64,000 nucleotides of DNA from an uncultured Verrucomicrobiota bacterium (lineage in GTDB: Bacteria; Verrucomicrobiota; Kiritimatiellia; JAAZAB01): the NCBI GenBank assembly GCA_964617825.1, contig CAZTWL010000004.1, positions 7,546 through 71,545 of the forward strand, in the 5' to 3' direction. Below the pieces are notes generated by a model. That model saw only the letters and a program-made list of their open reading frames with translations, was not told the DNA's origin and did no database searches. Positions within the stretch are counted from its first letter, which is position 1; each line of letters opens with the position of its first letter. A program made the translations under genes and the position numbers. Positions 37,765 through 47,523 of the stretch are shown here, in pieces.

Positions 37765-38885
37765 AGACAACGGACCTGACTTTTTGGATCGTCGATGATG
37801 AGCCCTCCATGTGCCAGAGCGTTCTACGCGCACTGGAGGATTTCAGCGTGGATGACCAGGATCTGGGTGAGACCGTGCGTTATCAGGGCCTGGCGCTGGA
37901 TTCCGGCGAAGCCTTCATGCAGCGGGTGGAGAGCGGGGAAGTCCCGCACCTGCTGCTGCTGGACAGCAAGCTGCCGGGCAAAGATGGCATTGAAGTCCTG
38001 CAATGGATGGGCAAGCGCCATCAACCGATTGTGACGATAATGATCACCGCCTACGCCACACTGGAAAATGCGGTCAAGGCCACCAAACTGGGCGCATTTG
38101 ATTTCCTGGCAAAACCATTTACCCCGGTGGAATTGCGCCACGCCGTCACCCGGGCCACCCGCGAAATCCTTCACCTTCGCCGTGCCCGGCAACTGGAGCA
38201 GGAAAAGCGCCAGGTGCGTTTTGAATTTCTTTCCATCTTGGCCCATGAATTGAAGTCCCCCCTCGCGGCACTTGAAGGCTATGTGGATTTGGAGCGCCAG
38301 GCACCCTCCAAGGAATACCTTGACCGCATGCAGGCGCGGATTTCCGGCATGCGCAAGCTGATCGGAGACTTACTGGACTTGACGGCAATCGAATCCGGCA
38401 AGCGGATACGCAATCTGCAACCGGAAGACTTGCGCGCCGTGGCGCTCCAGGAAATTGCCGCCCAGACGTCCGCCGCAGCGGAACGCCGGATTTCGATGGA
38501 TGTGACCGGAACCGGCCAGTCCTCGGTGGAAGCCGATCGCCGCGAATTGGAAATGTTGCTGAGGAACTTGATTTCCAATGCGATCAAATACAACCGTCCG
38601 GGCGGCAGCGTGACCGTCGACATTACCGCAACCGAAGGTGAGATTGTTCTGAGCGTGCGCGATACCGGCATCGGCATTGCTCCGGCTGATCAGGAAAAAT
38701 TATTCCTTGAATTTTCGCGCGTCAGAAACCAGAAAACAAGGGGAATTGAAGGCAGCGGATTGGGACTTTCCATTGTACGTCAGATTGCCGGACTATATGG
38801 AGCCAAGATCCGTTTGATAAGCGAAGAAGACAAGGGCAGCACTTTTATGGTAATATTTCACAGACCAAATAGCCCCGCTGCTTGA
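37761..38885 (+). CDS. Hybrid response regulator-histidine kinase (REC + HisKA + HATPase_c)
   Basis: ATGA overlap with the upstream gene. REC (FWIVDDEP...LLLDSKLPGKDG), the LSILAHELKSPL H-box, and G-boxes. Confidence 0.85.
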   Translation: MKTTDLTFWIVDDEPSMCQSVLRALEDFSVDDQDLGETVRYQGLALDSGEAFMQRVESGEVPHLLLLDSKLPGKDGIEVLQWMGKRHQPIVTIMITAYATLENAVKATKLGAFDFLAKPFTPVELRHAVTRATREILHLRRARQLEQEKRQVRFEFLSILAHELKSPLAALEGYVDLERQAPSKEYLDRMQARISGMRKLIGDLLDLTAIESGKRIRNLQPEDLRAVALQEIAAQTSAAAERRISMDVTGTGQSSVEADRRELEMLLRNLISNAIKYNRPGGSVTVDITATEGEIVLSVRDTGIGIAPADQEKLFLEFSRVRNQKTRGIEGSGLGLSIVRQIAGLYGAKIRLISEEDKGSTFMVIFHRPNSPAA

Positions 38886-38932
38886 GACATTCCGGCGACG
38901 GTGTCGGACACAAAACACAAAAGGAGGGTCAA

Positions 38933-39313
38933 ATGGACACAAAAACAATCCTAGTCGTGGATGATGACGCTGACATTCGGGCTCAGATGGAAAAGATCCT
39001 CCAACCCCATTATCGGGTGATAACGGCGGCGTCCGGTAAAGAATGCCTGCAGAATGTAGCCAAGGCGCTGCCGGACTGCATCGTCATGGACGTCATGATG
39101 GATGACTTGACTGACGGCCTGGAAACCGCCAAGAAACTCAAGGATGCCTACAAGACCAGGAAAATTCCGATCATCCTGTTGACCAGCGTTAACGAATCGT
39201 ATGACTATCGCTCACAGGTGGATGCCGGCTATTTCCCGCACAATTGCTGGATGGATAAGCCGGTCAAGGCGGACCGCCTTCTCAAGGAAATCGCGGCCCT
39301 GGTCGGGGCCTGA
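38933..39313 (+). CDS. Single-domain response regulator (REC)
   Basis: aaaggaggg RBS. ILVVDDDADIR ... IVMDVMMDD receiver pattern. Confidence 0.8.
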   Translation: MDTKTILVVDDDADIRAQMEKILQPHYRVITAASGKECLQNVAKALPDCIVMDVMMDDLTDGLETAKKLKDAYKTRKIPIILLTSVNESYDYRSQVDAGYFPHNCWMDKPVKADRLLKEIAALVGA

Positions 39314-39540
39314 AACCAAGTCACGCGAACGCATGTCCGCCAAGCTGCAGTCATAAGGCCGCCAAAAGCGGCGCATAAAGTTATTCGGGGTTGCGCCTGC
39401 TATAAAAATTAAATCTCGCTTTTTCCATTTTTGCAGCCACGACGCGCTTGGGAGCGGCAATGGATTTTCCTTGTTTATCGCGCCGCATTCATTTATTGAT
39501 AGCGCCAAATAAGTGTCCGTGAATAGATGCGGAGCGGTTG

Positions 39541-40896
39541 ATGGAACGCTATAAAATTCTCATTGTCGATGACGAAGCTGACATGGTGTCCGCCATGACC
39601 AAGCTGCTGGCCTCCTCGGTGCAAGCCGACATCATTTCCACCTGCTCATCCAGCGAAGCCATCAATATTCTATTCAAGGAATCCATTGCCTTGATATTGT
39701 GCGACATGCAAATGCCCGAGTTCGACGGCAACGTCGTGCTCTCCCTCGCCCGCAAAAGCAATCCCAATATTGTCTCCATTCTTTGCACGGCCCGCGCCGA
39801 CCGCGAAAGCGTTATTGAAGCCATCAATAAGGGTGGCATCTGGAAGTATCTGGCCAAGCCTTTCAAGGCCGCCGACTTCATCCAGATGATCCAGGACGGA
39901 CTCCAATATTACGACGACGTCATGCGCCGCCAGAATCAGCTAAAGACACTGGCGCATACTGCTCCCATGCCGAAGCTGGCTCCGAAACAAGCGGAGACGC
40001 CAAAGGCGCGTCCGCTCCATCCGGTACGCATTAAAAGGATGCACCCGGTTGTCGCGCATCGTCCTGCCATTCCCAAACTCGCCGGTCCTCTGGCCAACGC
40101 CAAGCACGTTGACCAGCGCTATCGGATTGTGCGCCTGATTCAGGAAGGTGGCAGCGGTATCGTCTATGAAGCCCATGACACCCTGCTGGACATGCCCGTG
40201 GCAATCAAAGTGCTCTTGCCCCAATTCACTCAGGATGCGGCCTCGATCGCCGCGTTGCGCAACGAGGCGCGGATTGCCATGCAGCTTTCGCACAAGCATA
40301 TCGTGCGCTTGCACAACCTTCAGGAACATGACGGCGGATTTTATATGGTCATGGAATACATCGACGGCTGCACGTTTCGTGACATTATCAAGGACCAGGG
40401 CAAACTGCCTCTGGCCACGGCCATGCAGGTGGCCGGCATATGCGCCGATGCCATCGGTTATGCCCATCGCCGCAATGTGCTCCATCGCGATATCAAGCCT
40501 GACAACATGATGCTGACCCAGGATGGCGTGTTGAAGGTCATTGATTTCGGCTTGGCCTGCCTTTCGCATCCGGTGCGCAAAACCGAGGTGATCAGCGGGA
40601 CGCCGATGTATATCAGCCCGGAAGAATTTCAAGGCAAGTCCCTGGATCAGCGCTCGGATATTTTCTCTCTGGCCGTCACCCTTCACGAATTGATTACCGG
40701 CAATATGCCGACAGCCGATGGCGCGCGCGCCAATAATCTGGCGCCCTACTGCCCGGTAATCTCAGCCGAGATCCCCACCCCGCTCCGCCCTGTCTTCGCG
40801 AAGGCCCTGGCCCTGGACCCCGACAAGCGCTGGAGCACCGTCGACGAGTTTGTCGGGGAACTGACCAAGGCCTATGCCGGCATCAAATCCGCATGA
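39541..40896 (+). CDS. Response-regulator receiver fused to Hanks-type Ser/Thr protein kinase
   Basis: N-terminal REC (ILIVDDEADM...LCDMQMPEFDG). The kinase domain carries GGSGIVYEA, AIK, HRDIKPDNMML, DFGLA and SPEEF. Confidence 0.85.
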   Translation: MERYKILIVDDEADMVSAMTKLLASSVQADIISTCSSSEAINILFKESIALILCDMQMPEFDGNVVLSLARKSNPNIVSILCTARADRESVIEAINKGGIWKYLAKPFKAADFIQMIQDGLQYYDDVMRRQNQLKTLAHTAPMPKLAPKQAETPKARPLHPVRIKRMHPVVAHRPAIPKLAGPLANAKHVDQRYRIVRLIQEGGSGIVYEAHDTLLDMPVAIKVLLPQFTQDAASIAALRNEARIAMQLSHKHIVRLHNLQEHDGGFYMVMEYIDGCTFRDIIKDQGKLPLATAMQVAGICADAIGYAHRRNVLHRDIKPDNMMLTQDGVLKVIDFGLACLSHPVRKTEVISGTPMYISPEEFQGKSLDQRSDIFSLAVTLHELITGNMPTADGARANNLAPYCPVISAEIPTPLRPVFAKALALDPDKRWSTVDEFVGELTKAYAGIKSA

Positions 40897-40928
40897 CTCG
40901 GCGGAAGCGCATGCCGGCCCTGACAAGA

Positions 40929-41005
40929 TGGTACCCCGGGCGCGACTTGAACGCGCGACCTGCTGATTAGGAATCAGCTGCTCTGTCCAACTGAGCTACC
41001 GGAGT
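40929..41005 (-). tRNA. tRNA-Arg (anticodon CCT)
   Basis: Hand-folded cloverleaf: acceptor ACTCCGG/CCGGGGT, D-arm GCTC..GAGC, anticodon loop TTCCTAA, T-arm GCGCGTTCAAGTCGCGC, encoded CCA. Confidence 0.85.
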
Positions 41006-41110
41006 AGATTTACGCGGGCTCTGACTGCCGTTCAACATACCACAGGTCAGCCGGCATTGACAATAACGGATGCGGCAACCATCCGCATCGTCAAATTCAT
41101 GCCACACACA

Positions 41111-41155
41111 AAAACAGCCCGGACGTTTCCTTCGAAACTTCCGGGCTGTTTTGTT
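41111..41155 (-). terminator. Rho-independent terminator downstream of the EF-hand gene
   Basis: cagcccgga / tccgggctg 9-bp stem with an internal gtttc/gaaac mini-hairpin loop, flanked by an A-run and a T-run. Confidence 0.6.
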
Positions 41156-41179
41156 CGAGTGACACAAGATCAGGCTTGC

Positions 41180-41812
41180 TTACTTTGCGGTTTTATCGGC
41201 CTTCGCCTTGGGCTCCGCGGCGAAGGGTACAATGGCGATGAATTCCTCCACTGTCACAAAGCCATCGTTGTTGGCATCCAAATTCTTGAATTCTTTGTCG
41301 ACACCAGCCTTCATTTCATCGGAAGTAACCTTGCCGTCGCTGTTTGCGTCCAGGGCAGCGTAAACGCTCATGCGATAGGCAATGACCTCAACCGCGCTAA
41401 CTTCGTTGTCGCCGTTGGCGTCCAGTTTGTCGCAAGCGGCAGTTTGACCAGCCGCGGCATCGGCGCCGGCGAAGAAAACGACGTATTCTTCCATCGTTAT
41501 GCTGCCATCTTTGTTAAGATCAATATTCACTATTCGTTGGGCGGCAAATTCGCCGGCATCGAGTTTCCCGTCGTTATTGACATCCAGTTCCTTGAACCAG
41601 TCTTTGCGCCGGGCCTGCTGTTCTTCGGCCGACAGTTTGCCGTCTTTATTGATATCCATCTTCTGGAAAATCGACTTAACTATCTGGACGGCCTTTTTCT
41701 CAGGCGCCACCGCTTTTGAATCCTTGGCCACAGTCTGTTCCTCAGCGCAAACGACCGATGACATAGCAACGGCGACGACTCCGGCAACCGCCCATTTCAG
41801 CATCTGACTCAT
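41180..41812 (-). CDS. Secreted EF-hand calcium-binding protein (six EF-hand loops)
   Basis: aggagg RBS and a signal peptide. Repeated DxNxDGxxxxxE loops (DINKDGKLSAEE, DVNNDGKLDAGE, DLNKDGSITMEE, DANGDNEVSAVE, DANSDGKVTSDE, DANNDGFVTVEE). Confidence 0.8.
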   Translation of the reverse strand: MSQMLKWAVAGVVAVAMSSVVCAEEQTVAKDSKAVAPEKKAVQIVKSIFQKMDINKDGKLSAEEQQARRKDWFKELDVNNDGKLDAGEFAAQRIVNIDLNKDGSITMEEYVVFFAGADAAAGQTAACDKLDANGDNEVSAVEVIAYRMSVYAALDANSDGKVTSDEMKAGVDKEFKNLDANNDGFVTVEEFIAIVPFAAEPKAKADKTAK

Positions 41813-42116
41813 TGAAGAACCTCCTGACCAGCTGTTTGCGGCCGCATGGGTGTGGATTAATCTGAGCTTAGCAGCCCGCAATCAACACCGGATAATCATG
41901 GCAGCCAATGTGCTGAACGATACCAGTACATCGTCAAAAGTGTCAAATTTATTTCCGCACCGAATTATGACTCCAGCAGTAACTCCTCTCGACGGGTTTC
42001 ATCGATAACATTGCCGAATTCGGCCGGCACGCGGTCGGAGCGTGCAAATAGAGCCCAAACCGCCGTGTTGGACAATTTTCATTGGACACACCTGCCAGGA
42101 TGGGTACAATAATTTC

Positions 42117-42896
42117 ATGCGACTTCTTCTTTATAACGTTCGCTATTGCACCGGGCATGGCGGACAGTTCCATTTTCCTTGGAGCGGTTATCTGCGGCGG
42201 ACGGCCCGCCATTTTGACTTGATCACCACATTTATACAAACCATGGCTCCGGATATTGTCGGTCTGCTGGAAGTGGATGCCGGGTCCTACCGTTCGCGCT
42301 GGCACAATCAGGCGGCTCTGATGGCGGAAACCCTGGGACACTATCATGTCTATCATTCCAAATACCCCGCGCAGTCGCTGGCAAGACGTTTGCCGGTAAT
42401 GGGCAAGCAGGTCAATGCTTTCCTGTGCCGTGATGCCATCCACTCACGGCGGTTCCATTTTTTTAAGAAGGGCGTTAAACGTCTGGTGATTGAACTGGAG
42501 CTTCAAAACCTGGTTGTTTTTCTCGTCCATCTTGCGCTGGGCTTCAAAACCCGCCATGAGCAATTGAACGACCTGTACACCCTGGTAAAAACAACGCAAA
42601 AGCCGTGTATCGTGGCCGGAGATTTTAATGCCTTTTGGGGCGATCGCGAAATCAAGCTGTTTCTGGCCGCCTGCGGACTGGTGAACGCCTGTGCCAAGCC
42701 CCAGCCTTCTTTTCCCAGCTGGAAACCGCGTCGCCAACTTGATTTCATCCTGCACAGCTCCGCCATTAAAATTAACGATTTTTTCATGCCGCAGGTAACG
42801 TTTTCGGACCATCTGCCACTGATTTGCGACTTCGAGATTCTAAAGCGGAATGCGAATGCAAACGAAACCGCCACAGACAAATTTAAAGTCAAATAA
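42117..42896 (+). CDS. Endonuclease/exonuclease/phosphatase (EEP) family protein
   Basis: N-terminal LLYNVRY... and a C-terminal SDHLPL motif typical of EEP enzymes, with IVAGDFN-type motifs between them. Confidence 0.55.
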   Translation: MRLLLYNVRYCTGHGGQFHFPWSGYLRRTARHFDLITTFIQTMAPDIVGLLEVDAGSYRSRWHNQAALMAETLGHYHVYHSKYPAQSLARRLPVMGKQVNAFLCRDAIHSRRFHFFKKGVKRLVIELELQNLVVFLVHLALGFKTRHEQLNDLYTLVKTTQKPCIVAGDFNAFWGDREIKLFLAACGLVNACAKPQPSFPSWKPRRQLDFILHSSAIKINDFFMPQVTFSDHLPLICDFEILKRNANANETATDKFKVK

Positions 42897-42922
42897 ATGC
42901 CGGTTAGCCGGCTACTACGCCA

Positions 42923-44209
42923 ATGATTCAATCCGGATATTTGCAATGGGCATGCATTCTGAGCATCAGTCTGCTTCTGGTGGCAAACTGTCCCGCCGAG
43001 CAAGTTGCACTACCGGAAGATATACTCGACAATTTGGATGTTCCGGACCTTGATCAGTCGCTTCTCGAAAATATCCCGCTCGAATGGGAACTGCCCAACG
43101 CCGAGGAATGGCAGGCATTTTGGGACCAGATGGAAGCCATCCTGCAATCGCAATCGTTGGACAACATGGCCTGGATACGCTCCATGGCCCAGCAGGCTTG
43201 CAGTTACTTGGACGCCGATCCTGCCACCCAGCCATGGGCCGACTGGCTCAGGCAAAAGCTGGATTATTTTGACATGGCATGCGTTGTCATCCAGGAAATA
43301 CCCGTTCCTGCGATCACGCAGCCGACCAACGCACCAGCCCCGGCGCCATCGCCTGCATCGCCGAAAACTCCGGCGGTCAAACCCATCCCTGTCCCAACTC
43401 CCCCGCCAACAGCAAAACGCGGACGTGAACCGTTTGCTTTTGCCGTTCCCATAAAACCACCGGCCAGCGCGCCGGCATCGCTTCAAGTTGAAAATCAGCG
43501 GCACCATCTCATTCGCAATTCAATCCGTTGGCAGAAAATCCTGGCCAAACGGCCGGTGCCGGCAAATGCCGCCACGCTGATTCCGCGCCTTAAACAAGTA
43601 TTTCAACGCGAAGGACTGCCGCCTGAACTGGTCTGGATGGCGGAAGTGGAGTCGTCGCTGAATCCCTCAGCGCGCAGTCCGGTGGGTGCGCTGGGATTAT
43701 TCCAGCTTATGCCGGCAACGGCCCGGCGCTTTGGATTGCACACGGGATTTTTCGACGAACGAAAAAACCCCGAAAAAAGCGCACGCGCCGCCGCGCAGTA
43801 TCTTAAGTTCCTATATAAAACGATGGGGTCCTGGCCTTTGGCCCTGGCAGCCTACAATGCGGGCGAAGGCCGTGTTGGCAAATTAGTTAAACGCAATACC
43901 CCGGCTTCCTTTGAAGGCATTGCCGACGATTTGCCGCTGGAAACTCAAATGTACGTTCCTAAAGTCACGGCCTTGCTTACCCTGCGCGAAAACACGCATC
44001 TCGACAAAATGCCCGCTCCGGTGACCACGGCAAGATCAAGTAATCTGGACTTTGGGCTCATGTCATTCCACACGATGTTCGGTGTTTGCCGAGAAAAATA
44101 TATATCCAGGCTGCCCGATCTGAATCCCTGCAATAAGCGGGATAAAGTTATCTCCAAGAATGAATTTTCCTTGGAAACGGCGTATAGCCAAGTTGTCCGC
44201 TGCTTTTGA
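42923..44209 (+). CDS. Lytic transglycosylase (SLT domain) with Pro/Ala-rich linker
   Basis: Signal peptide. SLT catalytic motif EVESSLNPSARSPVGALGLFQLMPATA and AYNAGEGRV. Confidence 0.75.
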   Translation: MIQSGYLQWACILSISLLLVANCPAEQVALPEDILDNLDVPDLDQSLLENIPLEWELPNAEEWQAFWDQMEAILQSQSLDNMAWIRSMAQQACSYLDADPATQPWADWLRQKLDYFDMACVVIQEIPVPAITQPTNAPAPAPSPASPKTPAVKPIPVPTPPPTAKRGREPFAFAVPIKPPASAPASLQVENQRHHLIRNSIRWQKILAKRPVPANAATLIPRLKQVFQREGLPPELVWMAEVESSLNPSARSPVGALGLFQLMPATARRFGLHTGFFDERKNPEKSARAAAQYLKFLYKTMGSWPLALAAYNAGEGRVGKLVKRNTPASFEGIADDLPLETQMYVPKVTALLTLRENTHLDKMPAPVTTARSSNLDFGLMSFHTMFGVCREKYISRLPDLNPCNKRDKVISKNEFSLETAYSQVVRCF

Positions 44210-44341
44210 CTATAATTACGGAAACCGAATCGACAAACGGGGTTGGTTGTTTATTCAAAGTCATCCGACCAGCCGTGAAGACGGCAAAAACCACAACCTG
44301 ACGATCTGCGGGAGTTCGCATTCTCAGCATGAGATAAGCAC

Positions 44342-45214
44342 ATGCGAAAACAAAAATCTCACTCACTCGACATGTTAAGCTTCTTGAAAAAGTCAATTAT
44401 TGGATTAATTTCAAGCGCCATGGTGCTGCCGGTCCTGGCCGAGGAACCTGCAGCGACAGGCAGAGCGCAAACAGTAGCGGATGCTTGGCGCATTATTGCC
44501 TCCAAGCGTTTTGTCGATCTTACTCATCCGTTCGAGCCGGGGATTCCTCACTGGATGGGATTCCCGGATGAAAAGCGGGAATCGCTTTACTGGTATGAGG
44601 CGGCCCCGGGCATTTCGGGAACAGGTTTCTTTGCCCAAGTGTATACTCACGTCGGACAATGGGGAACGCACGTTGATCCGCCGGCCCATTTTCACAAAGG
44701 GCTGCGGTCCGTGGATCAAATCGACGTGCAGGACATGATCATGCCATTGGTTGTGCTCAACATCCAAGCACGTGTCGCCACCAACGCCGATACCGTCGTT
44801 ATGCTATCTGACGTTCAGGCATGGGAAGCGGCTCATGGCCGGATTCCGGCGCGGGCTTTTGTCGTCCTGCGAACCGATTGGTCCAAGCGATGGCCGGACG
44901 CAAAAGCCATGGCAAACAAGGATATCCATGGCACAGCACATTATCCCGGATGGAGCGCCGAAGTGCTCAAATTCCTTTACGAAGAACGAGGCATTACCGC
45001 CTCCGGGCATGAAACCACCGATACCGATCCCGGCTTGGCCACAACGAAAGACAACTATGAGCTCGAAGCCTATGTGTTGAAACACGGCTGGCAGATCGAA
45101 TTGCTGGCGAACCTGGACCAAGTGCCGCCGGCCGGCGCGCTGGCCGTGGTGACGTTTCCCAAGCCCAAGGGTGGCTCCGGCTTCCCCGCGCGCGTGTTCG
45201 CGATTCTACCGTGA
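44342..45214 (+). CDS. Putative cyclase / arylformamidase-like family protein (secreted)
   Basis: HxGTHxDxPxH pattern (HVGQWGTHVDPPAHF) and a signal peptide. An alternative start lies at 44372. Confidence 0.65.
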   Translation: MRKQKSHSLDMLSFLKKSIIGLISSAMVLPVLAEEPAATGRAQTVADAWRIIASKRFVDLTHPFEPGIPHWMGFPDEKRESLYWYEAAPGISGTGFFAQVYTHVGQWGTHVDPPAHFHKGLRSVDQIDVQDMIMPLVVLNIQARVATNADTVVMLSDVQAWEAAHGRIPARAFVVLRTDWSKRWPDAKAMANKDIHGTAHYPGWSAEVLKFLYEERGITASGHETTDTDPGLATTKDNYELEAYVLKHGWQIELLANLDQVPPAGALAVVTFPKPKGGSGFPARVFAILP

Positions 45215-45229
45215 CGATGGCAAGCAGAT

Positions 45230-46486
45230 ATGGATAACAGATTACACATTGGATTTTACAGTATGGGCTTGGTCCTCTGGGAATCGTTAAAATCGTTTCA
45301 GAGGAACCGCGGATTTCAAAAGGCTGCGTTATTAGCCTATTTTTGTTTTCTCGCCCTGATCCCGCTCCTTCTGCTTTCAGCCCTGCTCATGGGTCAGGTT
45401 GTTTCTTCATCACAAAACGCTTTGAGCGTTCTTCAGGAAACGATTTCCGAGCTCTCCCCCGTCATGGCGGATACGGTATTGCGGGAAGTCCAATCGTTGG
45501 CGCACAACAAGACTTGGAGCTTATTAAGTTTATTTCTGTTGTTCTGGTCAGTAATTCCTTTGGCGTCCGCAATGCGCAACGAGTTCGCTTGTGTTTTTCA
45601 TCTCGATAAACTGCCATCCTTCTGGCTTGCCAAATTGCGGGAAATGGGTGGCGTTTTAATATTAATCATCCTGCTCGTCACACTGGCCTCCGGAAAAGTA
45701 TTCCATCATGTTTTGCCAGCCTGGCTACCCTGGCTCCATACTCAGCTTTGGATCGTTAAAACCGTTGTTTCGATGTTACTCACGGCAGGAATATTATACG
45801 TCTATTTTCTAATTCTTATCCCCCTGCGTCTCAAAGCGTTCCACTTGCTGATCGGCGCTTTGACCACAACGATATTGCTTGCCATGGTAGGCCCCGCACT
45901 CACGTTTTTGCTGAAAATCAACCCGAATTATGGCGTTACATTCGGATCCTTGAAAACCGTGTTTTTCTTGCTCGTTTGGGTTTATTACGCATTTGTGGCA
46001 GTTCTTTTCGGCACAGAAATCATGGCCAATGTATGGCGCAAGGACGCCTTGATTCTCAGAACGCTCTTCATCGCTTCGAAATCCAGCCCCAAAAAACGCG
46101 CATTGTTGAATCGGTTCGTCCGCGTGTTTGGCAAGAATGAAATTGTTTTTCGGGAAGGCGACGAAGGCCATGAAATGTTTTACATTATGAACGGATCGGT
46201 AGTGCTCGGCAAAAACGGACAGGATTTTCGAACCATGAAAGCCGGGGAATACTTCGGTGAAATGGCTATGCTGCTTAATATGCCACGCACGGCCAACGCT
46301 CGAGCCGGAGAACCGGAAACGGAATTAGTCGCAGTTTCCAGTCAGAACTTCGATACAGTCCTTCGCGAAAACCCGAAAATCATGTTCGCGATTCTGCGCG
46401 AGATGGCCGAACGATTGAAAGAAACCACCCAGCAGATGGAGAGCAATTTGTCTCGTCGGACCGAAACTATTGATCGACAAGGCTAA
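45230..46486 (+). CDS. YihY/BrkB-family membrane protein fused to a C-terminal cyclic-nucleotide-binding domain
   Basis: YihY N-terminus (AALLAYFCFLALIPLLLL plus 5-6 TM segments), then a cNMP-binding domain (FREGDEGHEMFYIMNGSV...GEYFGEMAML...RTANARA). Confidence 0.7.
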   Translation: MDNRLHIGFYSMGLVLWESLKSFQRNRGFQKAALLAYFCFLALIPLLLLSALLMGQVVSSSQNALSVLQETISELSPVMADTVLREVQSLAHNKTWSLLSLFLLFWSVIPLASAMRNEFACVFHLDKLPSFWLAKLREMGGVLILIILLVTLASGKVFHHVLPAWLPWLHTQLWIVKTVVSMLLTAGILYVYFLILIPLRLKAFHLLIGALTTTILLAMVGPALTFLLKINPNYGVTFGSLKTVFFLLVWVYYAFVAVLFGTEIMANVWRKDALILRTLFIASKSSPKKRALLNRFVRVFGKNEIVFREGDEGHEMFYIMNGSVVLGKNGQDFRTMKAGEYFGEMAMLLNMPRTANARAGEPETELVAVSSQNFDTVLRENPKIMFAILREMAERLKETTQQMESNLSRRTETIDRQG

Positions 46487-46621
46487 ACGCGATATAGAAA
46501 AATCAAGCATTGAGATTGCAGTATGACCTGATTCCGGCAGGAAAATGCCGGCTTAATGTGTGCATAGCGCCATAGTCATTTAACGTCATTGTTCAAATAA
46601 ATACGCTGAGGAGGAAAGATT

Positions 46622-47515
46622 ATGCGACACGTATTGTCTGCCGCCGTAATTATGATTTCGATCCTGTGCTGGAATTCTTCCAATGCCGGAGACGCCGATT
46701 CGGGTAAAAAGGACAATGCGGAAATCGGAGCAACAATAAACAAGCTGATGGATCAGCTCATGAGAACAGCGGAAACGCTTGACGCCGAAAAAACGCTTGC
46801 CCCGCTGACTCAGGACAAGGATGCCGTATTCTTTTTCGACGCAAAACCATACACGCTTAAGGAACTGTCCCATGTTCTTCGGGGAATATATGGGAATCTG
46901 AAAAACATGTCCATCAAGATGGATAAAGCACAGGTCAAAGTTTTGGGAAAGGACGCCGCTGTTTGGATAGCATGCGGCAAAGGACAATCCGTCGGCAAGA
47001 CAGGTCAGATATTTGAGGAGTATCTGACGGAAACCTGGATCTGGCAGAAAATAGCGGGCCAATGGCAGGTTGTTCATTATCATGAATCCGTGGTGAATCT
47101 GCCCAATGCCGAAAAAAAGGGGGCGATTGAAAAATCGTTGCAGCCTTTCGCCGCTGACTTACGGGAAAATCTTCCCACCGCCGAGGATATTTACAAGCGA
47201 ATTGAAGATTACCTATTGAAAAACCCCGGAGTTGCAGGCGCCGCTTATGCCATGTCTCCGGAATCTGGGAAAAGAGCTGCCTTCTACGTTTTTCGCAAAT
47301 CCGGAGGCGGTTTCGAAAAACGGGGCGTCCCCGCCAGTTACGACTATGCATCCGCCGACTGGTATGCGAAATCGGCAAATTCGGGAAGGACTGAATGGTG
47401 CGAGCCTTACTATGACATCGACGGCGCCGGATTGTTCATGGTGACTTGCTCCATGCCCGTCTACAACAAGCAGAATAAACTCATGGGCGTCATCACGGCG
47501 GATCTGGGTCTATAA
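46622..47515 (+). CDS. Secreted NTF2/SnoaL-like domain + orphan Cache-like domain protein
   Basis: Signal peptide and an NTF2-like segment (WIWQKIAGQWQVVHYHE). The C-terminal segment is homologous to the Cache region of the 28076..30022 phosphatase (WCEPYYDIDGAGLFMVTCSMPVY...GVITADLGL). It ends 8 nt before tRNA-Tyr. Confidence 0.5.
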   Translation: MRHVLSAAVIMISILCWNSSNAGDADSGKKDNAEIGATINKLMDQLMRTAETLDAEKTLAPLTQDKDAVFFFDAKPYTLKELSHVLRGIYGNLKNMSIKMDKAQVKVLGKDAAVWIACGKGQSVGKTGQIFEEYLTETWIWQKIAGQWQVVHYHESVVNLPNAEKKGAIEKSLQPFAADLRENLPTAEDIYKRIEDYLLKNPGVAGAAYAMSPESGKRAAFYVFRKSGGGFEKRGVPASYDYASADWYAKSANSGRTEWCEPYYDIDGAGLFMVTCSMPVYNKQNKLMGVITADLGL

Positions 47516-47523
47516 ACGTCACT

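Noticed and set aside
41057-41719. 220-aa plus-strand ORF overlapping the EF-hand gene
   Set aside because: It is antisense to a gene with six unmistakable EF-hand loops, an RBS and a signal peptide.
41006-47523. Calling the tRNA-bounded block a bona fide integrative element
   Set aside because: No integrase, recombinase, att direct repeat or conjugation genes could be found, so only the weaker statement of atypical composition and content is made.
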